The position numbers and the translations under genes are program-made. The notes beneath the pieces were generated by a model that saw nothing but the letters and a program-made list of their open reading frames with translations, was not told the DNA's origin and did not search any database. Shown one piece after another: positions 53,216 to 64,000 of a stretch of 64,000 nt of DNA. Location: NCBI RefSeq assembly GCF_006345805.1, contig NC_043011.1:21340464-21404463 (forward strand), in the 5' to 3' direction. Origin of the DNA: Octopus sinensis. Its lineage: Eukaryota. Position 1 is the first letter of the stretch; each line of letters opens with the position of its first letter.

Positions 53216-54550
53216 GATAGATACATGCATACATAGACGGATAGATAGGCAGATAGAGTTATATATATATAAACTAATTGTGGACGATTGGCGTCGGACA
53301 AATACCTTGTGATGTTTAATTACATCTCTCTATATTTTGTGTTCAAATATACCACTCAGATCAATTATGCTTTATTTTCTTCGTTCCGAGATCAATCAAT
53401 GAGTTCAAGTCAAACCAGCGTTGTCGATATAATCAGCTGTTTCTTTCTCCCAAATACGAGACCTTTTGCCTCTGTAAGTAATCTACATTACCGTTTATAT
53501 ACCCATAGGGATAGAAATGCGCACACGCACACGCATATATGTATAAATATGTGTGTATGTGTGTGTGTGTGTGTTTGTTGAAATATTAGCTTTCTTTTAT
53601 GTTTTGGTAATTTTCTTAGAGAGGAATCGTTTATGCGAGGTAGTATTTGTGTTGTTAATGTTCTTTGCTTTATCGACAAGAATGTGTATATTAGGGGATT
53701 GTTAGAAGTGTGCCACGTAATTGTTTTAAGAGTTGAGATCTGCTGACATCTTAGCATTTTGATGGTGTTTATCAAATCAGCTTCGAACTAGTCGAGTCCC
53801 TTTATCTGGGACAGGTGTTTTCATGATTTGAAGTCGCATTTACATGCGAGTGTGAGAAGCAGTTTGTTTCTCGAAGCAGTCTCTCCTGAATGTGCAGTTG
53901 ATCACGCTTTGTGTATTCGCAATAGGAGGATCTGTTAAGAAACAGAGCTTCCTTGATGACAAATAGATATTCTTCAGCTTATATAATGCGTTTATATCTT
54001 CATACTTGACTGTTATAACTTACTTATCGATGATATTTGACAACGAATTAGAGCAGTTACACAGGTTGGTGGGGGGAAAACGAAACAGTAGTACTCAATA
54101 CTTATAGCATGACTTAAAAATATTTATCAATACGTTGGCTCAGTGCCACACTATTGAAGGTCCGGCGGGGTAGTTAAACGTCTAAATTGTCAGATATGCG
54201 GGTGAAACTAAGGAGAATTAAAGATAGTTTCCAGCTGAAAAAGTTTGGAAGCCCCCTTAGTCAGTTCAGATCAAGTGAATGAACAGATTGAAAGAAAAAA
54301 AAAAAAAGAAAACAGTGTCAGCAAAAATTTAATTTATGTTTCCACGAAGCAGAGAGGACATTCTAGTGGTGACAGGTGGTCGACAACCTGCAGGACTTCA
54401 CAACTCAGCATTGTAAAAAAAAAAATAGGGAAAGGACTGGAAGCTGTTCAACGTGGTACAGTAACTGGTCTGTTGATGTCAGGTTACATAGTGGAAGATG
54501 AGGGTGGAAATATAGATGACGATGGCAAAATAAATAAATCATTATTTTAT

Positions 54551-54551
54551 T

Positions 54552-54585
<34 letters not shown>

Positions 54586-54680
54586 TCGTCATCGTCATCA
54601 TCATCATCATCATCATCCTCATCATCATCATCATCATCTTCATTATTATTATTATATTATTATTATTATTATTATTATTA

Positions 54681-54745
<65 letters not shown>
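54551..54745. repeat. Compound trinucleotide tract (CGT)n-(CAT)n-(TAT)n-(AAT)n
   Basis: Directly visible. Confidence 0.95.
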
Positions 54746-54747
<2 letters not shown>

Positions 54748-54960
54748 GCGGCGAGCTGGCAGAATCGTTAGCACGCCGGGCGAAATGCTTCGCGGCATTT
54801 TGTCCGTCTTTACATTCTGAGTTCAAATTCCACCGAGGTCGACTTTGCTTTTCATCCTTTCGGGTTCAATAAATTAAGTACCAGAGAAACACTAGGGTCG
54901 ATGTAATCGACTGGTCCCGTCCCCCAAAATCGAGACCTTTTGCCTACAGTAGAAAGGATT
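54746..54960 (+). mobile_element. SINE family N with (ATT)n tail, just upstream of the aminopeptidase exon
   Basis: GCGGCGAGCTGGCAGAATCGTTAGCACGCC...GTTCAAATTCC...AAGTACCAG. Confidence 0.88.
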
Positions 54961-54964
54961 ATTA

Positions 54965-55007
<43 letters not shown>

Positions 55008-55086
55008 CATTATTATTATTATTTTCGATAACGCAAAACCTTAATTTGCTTATACGTTTGTGCTTTATATTTCCTTTTCTTCACAG

Positions 55087-55543
55087 GCGAAACATGTGCA
55101 GAAGAGATTATCGAAACACCTGAAAAAGAATCAAACAAGACCGAACGTATTAAAGATGTACGCTTACCCACCTCAATTATACCCATTGTGTACGATGTGG
55201 AACTTCAGCCTTACATCTATGAAGGACCACCTGAGAATTTCACTTTCGATGGTTACGTTAATATTAACATGAAGTGCTTGACTAACTGCACCAACATCAC
55301 TTTGCACAGTCACTTGTTAAATATCAACGAAAGCTCGGTAGATTTATCATCAACAAATAATGCCAACGTACCGCAGGTCAAAGGCTTGGTCTTTGACAAA
55401 AAACGTCAGTTCCTCATCTTTAATCTCAGTGAGCCCTTGGAAAATGGGCAGGAATACAATATACGAATGAATTTCACAGGGAAGCTTCGAGATGATTTAA
55501 ATGGACTTTATCGAAGTTCGTATAAGCGAGGAAATAAAACTAT
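55087..55543 (+). CDS. Internal coding exon of an aminopeptidase N-like (M1 family zinc metallopeptidase) gene, covering the stalk and N-terminal beta domain
   Basis: Polypyrimidine tract plus CAG acceptor (AG 55085-86) and GTAAGT donor (55544). The open frame reads ETCAEEIIETPEKESNKTERIKDVRLPTSIIPIVYDVELQPYIY...FTFDGYVNI...NITLHS...FTGKLRDDLNGLYRSSYKRGNKT. RLP..I.P..Y, ITLHS and F.G.L...L.GLYRS.Y are typical M1 aminopeptidase N-terminal motifs. Eight N-x-S/T sequons fit an ectoenzyme. The upstream intron is phase 1 and the downstream intron phase 2. Confidence 0.93.
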
Positions 55544-55937
55544 GTAAGTTGTTGACGATTTTTTATGCGTTCATCATGAAAGAAAGGGATGTCTGTTATC
55601 TGTGAATGTCGATATTGGTGATTTTGCTAAATTTCAATCGGGTTTCTTCTAATCCTTTGCTTGTCGAAATCATTTTCATAAGTTTGTCCTAAACATCCAT
55701 ATGTTTGTTTTCAGGCTTTTAGTTAACTCTTGTTATGAATATAAAGCCTTTTGTTTTTCATAAATCGCAAGTTACATTAGGGGCTGAGAAAAATTGAAAA
55801 CGTGTATCATATAGGATGCATGAAAGCCAGGGAAATATGTTTTGTGCATCAGATGTGATACACAGACAGGCAAAGAGTTAAATGTGAAGTGGTGTATTTA
55901 GCTTACTGATGACAATACATTTTATTCTTTAGACAGA

Positions 55938-56064
55938 ATGGAGGCACGTGGCTTAGTGGTGAGGGGAATTCGGCTCACAATAGTAAGATCGTGAGTTCGA
56001 TTCCCGGCGGTGCGTTGTGTCTCTTGAGCAAGACATTTTATTTCACGTTGCTCTAGTCCACTCA
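55938..56064 (+). mobile_element. SINE family V, 5' part
   Basis: GGAGGCACGTGGCTTAGTGG...GTTCGATTCCC. Confidence 0.75.
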
Positions 56065-56260
56065 GAGACAAACACGGACAGACATAGGCATTAAGTCGAT
56101 TATATCGACCCCAGTGCGTAACTGGTACTTAATTTATCGACCCCGAAAGGATGAAAGGCAAAGTCGACCTCGGCGGAATTTGAACTCACAACGTAACGGC
56201 AGACGAAATACTGCTAAGCATTTCGCCCGGCGTGCTAACGTTTCTGCCAGCTCGCCGCCT
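56065..56260 (-). mobile_element. SINE family N
   Basis: Matches 1430-1633; inverted relative to 54746-54960. Confidence 0.88.
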
Positions 56261-56267
56261 ATGAAAA

Positions 56268-56455
56268 ATGAAAAGTACCTGTTATTCAAAGGCCAGCCTT
56301 GTCATTTACTGTGTCACACTTGATCTCTCTGAGATCTACGTTAAGGTTACGCGTGTCTGTGGAGTGCTCAGCCATTCGCACGTTAATTTCACGAGCAAGC
56401 TGTTCCATTAATCGAATCAACTGGAACCCTCGTCGTTGCAACTGACGGAATGCCA
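56268..56455 (+). mobile_element. SINE family A, 3' part
   Basis: GTACCTGTTATTCAAAGGCC...CAACTGGAACCCTCGTCG. Confidence 0.75.
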
Positions 56456-58192
56456 GGTTAACATCGCTTGAATATGTATCAGTAAGATGACTTCTACCGA
56501 GTCGCCCGTCCTTCCAGAATATAGAGTATTTTCAAGAAAGGATAAAAATTGTCTTTAATTCGCGAAAGTCTGAATTAAATAGAAACTTAAGTTAATATTT
56601 GATTTGGTTACATCGATTAAAACTAAAGTACTTGGAATTTATCAATAGTTGGGAATGTGTAAATAGAACTTGGATTATAAGTTTTATGCTTTCGGGAGTT
56701 GAAAGGCTGGAAATATTTATAATCTTAGCACATTATAATGCAACACAAGACGGATGTAACGACTTCGGCGTTTTGAAATTGTTAGAAGAGATCGAGTTTG
56801 TTTAATTTAAGCTAAACTTTGTGATTTAAAGGGATTTTCTGGTGGTAGTCTTACTCTCCACTAAAATGAATTTCAAAAGAGAGACTTTGGGGGAAAAACA
56901 GCGATATTTTAATTATTATAGTTTTTCTTTATTTGGGTTCCGGACAAAATGGGTAGAGGCATTCATTCCGTCCTTATGTTCTGAGTTCAAATGCCACCGA
57001 AGTCGACTTTCATCCTTCACATTCTTAAAAAATACTTTGCCTTTCATGGACTTCCAAAGTCCATGAAATAAGTACCAGTTGAGCATTGGGGTTGATGTAA
57101 TCGAGGTGCCTCTCCACTAAAATTGATGGCCTTGTGCCACAACTTGCAAACATTATTTCTTTATTTGAGTATTAAATAATTCAAAGATTTTCATTTACCT
57201 CCGTTTCTTTGCGTTTTAAGGTTGCATGAATGAGCAAATGAAACGGTTTTAGATATGATGATCCTAAGTTTCTTCAGTCTTTGATAAACCAGCAACCGAT
57301 AAACGTTGAAAATTGCCGTTATGTAATTTCAGTGTCTCCATAGCGAAAAAAAAAAGGAGCGGATTGGCAGAGACCTTAGAACGTCAGATAGAATGTCTTA
57401 GGGTACTTGTTCCCATTCTCTTCATTCTCAGTTCAAATCTCTTTCGAGGCGAGAACTTTGGCTTTCAGCTATTCAGGGTCGAAAAAAAGTACTGTAGTCG
57501 GTTCTCTCCTCTCTCTCTCTCCCTCTCTCCCTCTTATGGAATTACCGACGTAAACTAACAAAACAAGGTACGTTCACATCTCACCCCTGCCAGGTCATTC
57601 ACTATCACTCTGTAAAAATATGAAAGAAAAATTAATAAAACAAAAAATAATATAAGAAAAAATACAAGAGAAAATAGAACCGACTGCGATTCATGTTCTA
57701 AGTTTTTCGACGTGTAATATCAAGTCAACTTCAAGCTAAAATAGAAGACAATTTTGAAGGTGGAAACTTAAAAGTTAATGAAATACGACACACAAATAGA
57801 AATTATGGTCAAATTGTAAAAAACTTTGCGTCAGGGTTACATGATTGATTTGAACTATGGAAGTGAGAAATCAATCAATCATTCAAATATTTCATCGACA
57901 CGCCAATTCCATATCTATCACCATCTGTTTGCTAGATGCTTTATTGTTTTGGCACTGTATTTTTTCTGGTGTATAATACTCGTTTTTTTTTTTAGATTCT
58001 TTCACTTTTAAATGTTTCCAAAAATTTCCCGGTATCTAATGCAGCCGTATAACGGATGGGAGACCAAGTGTTTTAGGATATGGAGCCGAATAAGTATAAG
58101 TCCGCTCAACAAAATAACTGGCACAAGATCATAAATTTTTTCCCAGCACAAACCATTTTAAAATATCTTTCAATAAGTGTATGATGAAATAA

Positions 58193-58390
58193 GGCGGCGA
58201 GCTGGTGGAATGTACGTTCTGAGTTCAAATCCACCGGGGTCGACTTTGCTTTCGGCCCTTTCGGTAGGGCGAAGGTCGATAAAATGAGTACCGGTTGACC
58301 GCTGGGGTCGATGTAATCGACTTAGCCTTCCCCATCCCAGGCACACACAAGAAAAACTGCTGGCCTTGTGCCAAAATTTGAAAGCAATAA
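58193..58390 (+). mobile_element. SINE family N
   Basis: GGCGGCGAGCTGG...GTTCTGAGTTCAAATCC...GTCGATGTAATCGACTT. Confidence 0.75.
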
Positions 58391-59404
58391 GTGTATAACA
58401 AAACAAATTAAATTTGTTATTCGTTGTTTTGTTTTTTCACAAAACATACTTGCAAAAGAGAGGTGTGTCTCATGCGAAAGTACTATTTATAAGCCAGTAA
58501 ACACGGTTGTTTAAAACAGTGGCCAAATCTTCCTTAACTCACTCCCTACTGTGATAGAAAATGTGGGAGGTCATACTGGATAATTTAGTCAAGAATCTAC
58601 GAAAAGCTGTGATGGTCTCGATAGGAACGCTTTCGATCACATCTTTTTAATCAGGGCTGGTCGAAACCTAAAGAACCACCTCATCAGCCAGATGTAAACG
58701 GGGTATCCCAACACTGTTGTATGCTAGAAATAGCAACCAAGTTCCCTACTTTTTTTTTATACATATATAGTAGGATATTGGAAAATGTAGTCTTAGATAG
58801 ACTGTATGAATGAAAAATGGAATGGTCATAGCTGGAGCGCCTTTGATCATTGTTTTTTTCCTAGCATTGAATAACAGGCAAATAATACGAACATGGGATA
58901 GGTATAATTCAGTTTAAGCAACGGGAACACCATGGGATAAATGTGCGTGTTGCTGCTGTTTAGGCCTAGCTCAGCCCTCGTAAAGAAGACTTATAGTCAA
59001 AAGAAGTTCCAGCCACGGCCATCTAGGTTATTTTTCCGCTAGCGTATTTGAGATCATCTGAAGTTATCAGCCTAGACTTTAGCAGGGTGACATTTCTTCA
59101 GGTTAGATATACTAAGAGAAACGGGGGAGTTAAAACTTTTGCGGTGCTGGCACTTGAGATGACAACTTCTCCGGTGGGAACAAGATAATATCAGAACAGT
59201 GATACATTTCACTGACACATCACCACCATCATCTCCACCATCACCACCCCTACCACAGATCCAACTGCCACCTCTAACCAATCAAGGGTTTGACTGCAAG
59301 GTGGTGGAGGTTAGTTGTATCCATGGTCGCTCCCCGTACCAAAAGTAATAGATGAATCTCTTTTAAATTACACCCTACCAATTAATGAAGTATATCTTAT
59401 TTCT

Positions 59405-59634
59405 GTATTGCCCACAGGGGGCTAAACATAGAGGGGACAAACAAGGACAGACAAACGGATTAAGTCGATCACATCGACCCCAGTGCGTGCGTAACTGGTA
59501 CTTAATTTATCGACCCCGAAAGGATGAAAGGCAAAGTCGACCTCGGCAGAATTTGAACTCAGAACGTAACGGCAGACGAAATACCGCTAAGTATTTCGCC
59601 CGGCGTGCTAACATTTCTGCCAACTCACCGCCTC
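59405..59634 (-). mobile_element. SINE family N
   Basis: Matches 1430-1633. Confidence 0.88.
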
Positions 59635-59793
59635 AATGAAATAAATACCAGCCATTTGCTGAGATCGATGTAATCGACTTTCCCCTCCACTCAAGTACTG
59701 CTGGCCTTATGCCAAAATTTGAAATCATTAATATTATTTACATTATTTACATTTGACGGATATTTGTCCTCATCTTCTTTGTTGTTAACACAC

Positions 59794-60101
59794 ATTCTGT
59801 TGTGTCTGGGGAGAGTCACCGCTAAAATTTCCACTTATTTCTTATTTTTATTTTCCTAAAATTTTCGTTGCGTCTTGCAATCTTTTCAATAGTCTAAAAT
59901 TTCCACTTATTTTTTTTTTATTTTCCTAAAATTTTCGTTGCGTCATGCAACCTTTTCAATAGTCTTGACTCTTGAAAATATTGCAAGACGCAACGAAAAT
60001 TTTAGGAAAATAAAAATAAGAAATAAGTGGAAATTTTACCGGTGAGTGTGTTACATTATAAGGCACAAAAAGAAAATGACTCTCCCCAGACACAACAGAA
60101 T
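59794..60101. repeat. Nested inverted and tandem repeat block
   Basis: 25-bp perfect outer inverted repeats (59794-59818 and 60077-60101). Inside, a ~70-bp unit occurs twice direct (59823-59894, 59895-59964) and once inverted (59967-60038). Confidence 0.9.
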
Positions 60102-60699
60102 TTGCTTTAACACACGAACTCATTTACAGAATCTTGCAAGCCAAATCCAAAAACGAAATTTGAGTAAAATAAGCAATACATTTGACAGTATGGCTTAAAA
60201 GAACACATTGAGGTAAGAGTACTTCACGTTTGCCCACAAACCCTAGTGTATCCTTTTGCAACACAAGCAACAAGACAGAGGCGAACTCGATGGCTTTTAT
60301 GCGTTTTGTTTTTTGTTTTGTTTTTTTTTTTGTTTTGTTTTTTGGCAAGCCAACACACCAAATATATGATAGAGATAATAATATGTATCTATTTCAACGA
60401 AAGAGCGTCGAAAGAGAAACGGAAGTGGTATATATTTGTACGTCCTGATTACAGTAAATGTCACAGCCTTATTTTTATCATAGAAAGGATAAAAAAGAAA
60501 ACACAATGGAAAAAGAATAGGATGCAAATTCACTGGCAAGTATCACAGGCAATCGCTCAGAAATAACCAACGTCATTATTAAAATTAGAAATTAGACGAA
60601 CAATTGCTATTTCATACAGTCATGTCTCCCCCGTGGCGGCGAGATTATATGATTAGGCTTCTCTATGATTACATATATATACGTATGTATGCATGTGTG

Positions 60700-60710
60700 T
60701 ATATATAATC

Positions 60711-60791
<81 letters not shown>

Positions 60792-61100
60792 CATACATAT
60801 ATATATGTATATATATATGCATGTGTGTCCATGCATATATACTTATATATATATGTCTATGTGCGTATGTATAAGTATGTATCGTATACAATTATACACA
60901 CACACACACATACACACACACATATATAGATGGATGGATGGAGGGATGGATACATAAATACATGCACATATTTATAGATACAGATTTATATATGTATAAT
61001 GTGTGTATGCATACATATATGCGTGTGTGTGTACATATGTGTGTGTGTGCGTGCGTGTGTGTGTGCGTGTGTGTGTGTGTGCGTGTGAGTGTACAGATAA
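60700..61100. repeat. Compound (TA)/(CA)/(TG) microsatellites
   Basis: Directly visible. Confidence 0.9.
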
Positions 61101-61279
61101 TACATACATTCATACATAAGTACATAATATGGCGTCGAATACATCGGCATAAGAAGGCTACTCATTTTCCGTATAGTAATTACTATTCACTAAAAACTAT
61201 AATATATACATGTGTGTGTGTGTGTTGTGTGTGTGTGTGGTGTGTGTGTGTGTGTGGTGTGTGTGTGTGTGTGTTTATC

Positions 61280-61490
61280 CCGCCCGACACTACTTGAGAG
61301 CCGTTGTTGACGTGTTTATGTCGCTTGTTCGGCAAAAGAGACAGATATAAGTGCCAGACCTCAAAATAAATAAGTCGATACATATTGGAGTCGATACATT
61401 CGACTAAGTATTCTTCATGATAGTGCCCCAGCATGGCTGCAGTCTAATGACTAAAACAAGTAAAAGATAAAAGATAAAAGGTAGAAGACT
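61280..61490 (+). mobile_element. SINE family C, 3' part with (TAAAAGA)n tail
   Basis: GTTCGGCAAAAGAGAC...CAGCATGGCTGCAGTC..ATGACTAAAACAAGTAAAAGATAAAAG. Confidence 0.7.
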
Positions 61491-61511
61491 GTAAATAATA
61501 CGGTCATCAAC

Positions 61512-61931
61512 GGATCTTTTCGGTTTGAACGGCAGTTTTTTCTAGCGGTGTCATATGAAATTGTCACCCATAATTATGACCCTAGAATCGATCTATTGCA
61601 TTTCAATATCTTTTAGGGTTAGGGTTAGTTAGAGGTGGGGGAAGGGTATCTTTTTTTCTTCACAAATGTAAATAAACCCAATCTGTTTCTTAAACGAGGG
61701 ACATGTTCATACGGCACAGAATGCTTTTTAACTCAACAGACGTCATTGATTGGTTGAAATTGCAGAAACTGAAGAAAAAAAACAACAAATATCTTACAAA
61801 CTATAGAATTTTCTCAATAAAGCCAAGAGAAAAAGATGTTTTATAAACACATTCTTCCAGTATACGAAGTTTAAAATATTTTAGTTACCTAGAAATTATG
61901 TTAAAAACTGCCGTTCAAACCGAAAAGATCC
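61512..61931. mobile_element. Intact 420-bp MITE with perfect 29-bp TIRs and 8-bp TSD (Merlin-like or hAT-like)
   Basis: TIR GGATCTTTTCGGTTTGAACGGCAGTTTTT at 61512-61540 and its exact reverse complement at 61903-61931; TSD TCATCAAC at 61504-61511 and 61932-61939. Confidence 0.92.
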
Positions 61932-61949
61932 TCATCAACAATGTACAAT

Positions 61950-62870
61950 GACAACAATGACCGTCGCACTGAAACAAGTCTGTCACCATTAAGGGACGAG
62001 TGGTAGCTACTTTTGAACAAACACCAACGAGTGGAGAATATTAACAACTCAGAACGCAGCTCACAGCAACACTCAACCAATAATTCGCTATGTATATCAA
62101 TAAACAACTGCTTAAAATAGCGGCTATGACACGAATCAATAGGAAACCCACCGATTTGATATGATGAACGATCGATCAAATTGCTAAGGAACATCTAGCA
62201 CAGAATGAGGCTCCCAAATATTGGATATTGAATATCTTACTACACTGTGTTGCAATTACCATCTGCCAACTGACAGGAATTACAGACATCGATCGCAAAG
62301 AGAAACTCTAACCAAAATAGATGGCCTGTCTCCAGACAAATGCCGACAGACTCTGAAAATATAGAATCGTATACTATAATTAAGTACAGAGCAAATCACC
62401 AACTGCGAATTTATGACAAACTAGCTAAGGTTTTCGGAAATTAATGACAGGAGATACTAACGAGTAAACTAATAACCCTTTCATACGAACTGCAAGCAGT
62501 AAAAAACTATTAGATCATAGAACTATCAATTGCAGCTTTGTATTAAACCCACAAGTAATATATTGCAGCACAAAAGGCCATATCATCAAAATCGTGAAAA
62601 ACAGGGAATAAAAACGAGTAATACAATATGATACAATATGGTTAAAGGAACTACGGAGTGGGTTGTCTTTTAATCATGAGTACCTCCCTAAACTGCCATA
62701 CCAATGTGAAACATGTCACGCGCATCATCAGCAGCTGTCCAAAAATGGCTATAAATACATTATTTTCTCGTGAGACACGACATTGTTGCCAAAATCATCG
62801 ACAAGGCTATTTGCCGGAAGAATTGTCCTGATGGCCGTACAAAAAGCACAATAGAACCAGGATGTATCCA
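61950..62870 (+). pseudogene. R4/Dong-like LINE relic: N-terminal region joined to the zinc-knuckle region
   Basis: REKL..MACLQTNADRL.KYR resembles KQKL.A.AQRLRRY. Further on, CHTNVKHVTRIISSCPKM..VRHDIVAKIIDKAICRK matches the knuckle/RHD motif also seen at 34.9 kb and 45.6 kb. Confidence 0.6.
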
Positions 62871-64000
62871 TATATATGGAAGAGTAGTTAAAAACACCGC
62901 TCTATAATAACGAGGCTTTGCAGTCGACGGCACTGGCTGTGTCATATCAAAAAAAGTTTTCTCTTGCCATAATCTCGGTCGACCCAAGCCTTTTTGAGAG
63001 AGACTAGGTTGACGGAAACGACGAAGCACATAGGATAAACTGCACCTGTAATTCAAAAGGTCACTATCATCACACACAATGTCAGGCTAATTGCTTCTAG
63101 GCTTTACGTTAACGGTGCAAGTGTCTGTGGAATACTCAACCAGTCATGCAATTATTCAATGAACTGGCACATTTATTGATTGAGCAACTAGAATACTTAT
63201 CGTCAGCAATGCCGAACCCATTGACTACTTTATGTCTGCGTGTGTGCGTGTGTATGTATGTATGTATGTATGTATGTATGTATGTATGTATGTATGTGCA
63301 TTTGCATGTATACATACTTACTATATACGGCTATCATCAGACAAGATAATTGTCTCACATTCAGACTCATTGTACTTTCTTTCTTTTTTTTTTATTCTTG
63401 TATGCGCGCGGATGTGATTTTACACGTTACCACGCCATAGGACTTTATAAAATACAAAATGGACTCGAGAAATGAAATGAATTGTTATTGGATTTAAGTG
63501 ACAAAAATTTATGCAGCAATTTTGCCACTCTCTCAGGCGCCATAGTGGATTCCAGCTACAAAAGCGACGTCGGCCTCGGCCGACGTGCTAACGATTCAAT
63601 TAGCTCGCAGATATATTAAATACCATGCCAAATGAATTTTTGATCTATTACAGCTATCTTTACCTTTGGAGGATGTATCACAATTACCAAATAGTAATGG
63701 AGACCAGCTCCAGCTGAGAAGAGGAGATAATCACAAGATCAATTATTCTCTAAAACTAACATGCCATTAAGGTCGGCTGTTATCTCTTAACAACAAACCT
63801 GTCTTTTTTTTTAAGTCCATGTCAACTTTGGAGAATTCTAGATTCTTGAGATCATCTCGCTTTATTATATCTTAATTGCCATTTGGTAATTATCATACAG
63901 AGGCGGGGATAATTTTGATAAATCAAGAACTTATGTTGTATGGTATCTGATATACCTGTATTAGTAGTTCATGTGGTTCTTTCTATGCTCAGTATTTTAT

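Noticed and set aside
53488-53990. Possible additional retroelement relic (IKEALFL motif on the minus strand)
   Set aside because: A single weak motif that I could not extend into a coherent alignment.
57826-58011. Hydrophobic ORF that could be the aminopeptidase transmembrane exon
   Set aside because: It lies downstream of the ectodomain exon, and its hydrophobicity comes from T-rich low-complexity sequence.
61613-61628. TTAGGG repeats as a telomere or interstitial fusion site
   Set aside because: Only about 2.5 units, and they are internal to a MITE.

Overview
AT-rich eukaryotic genomic DNA, almost entirely intronic or intergenic. The extreme density of compound microsatellites ((TA)n, (CA)n, (ATAG)n, (ATAC)n, (AAT)n, (AAAG)n, (GGAT)n) and the tRNA-derived SINE families point to an octopus/coleoid cephalopod genome; this is an inference from pattern, not a database hit. 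I find only one convincing host coding exon: a 457-nt internal exon (55087-55543, +) of an M1-family aminopeptidase N-like ectoenzyme. The rest is mostly repeat: dozens of SINE copies from about four families, decayed LINE relics (R4/Dong-like, RTE-like), Penelope-like element (PLE) relics (RT and GIY-YIG), a mariner-type transposase relic and three MITEs. Most ORFs in the supplied track are microsatellite or SINE artefacts. The most notable unannotated signal is RNA-structural. At least six minimal hammerhead-ribozyme-like motifs from several short repeat families occur here, many embedded in (TA)n tracts, alongside PLE-style direct and inverted (fold-back) duplications. In addition, an inverted SINE pair brackets the single coding exon. 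All protein-family assignments come from hand translation and remembered motifs and need HMM/BLAST confirmation. Repeat boundaries are approximate unless a target-site duplication (TSD) or terminal inverted repeat (TIR) is quoted.
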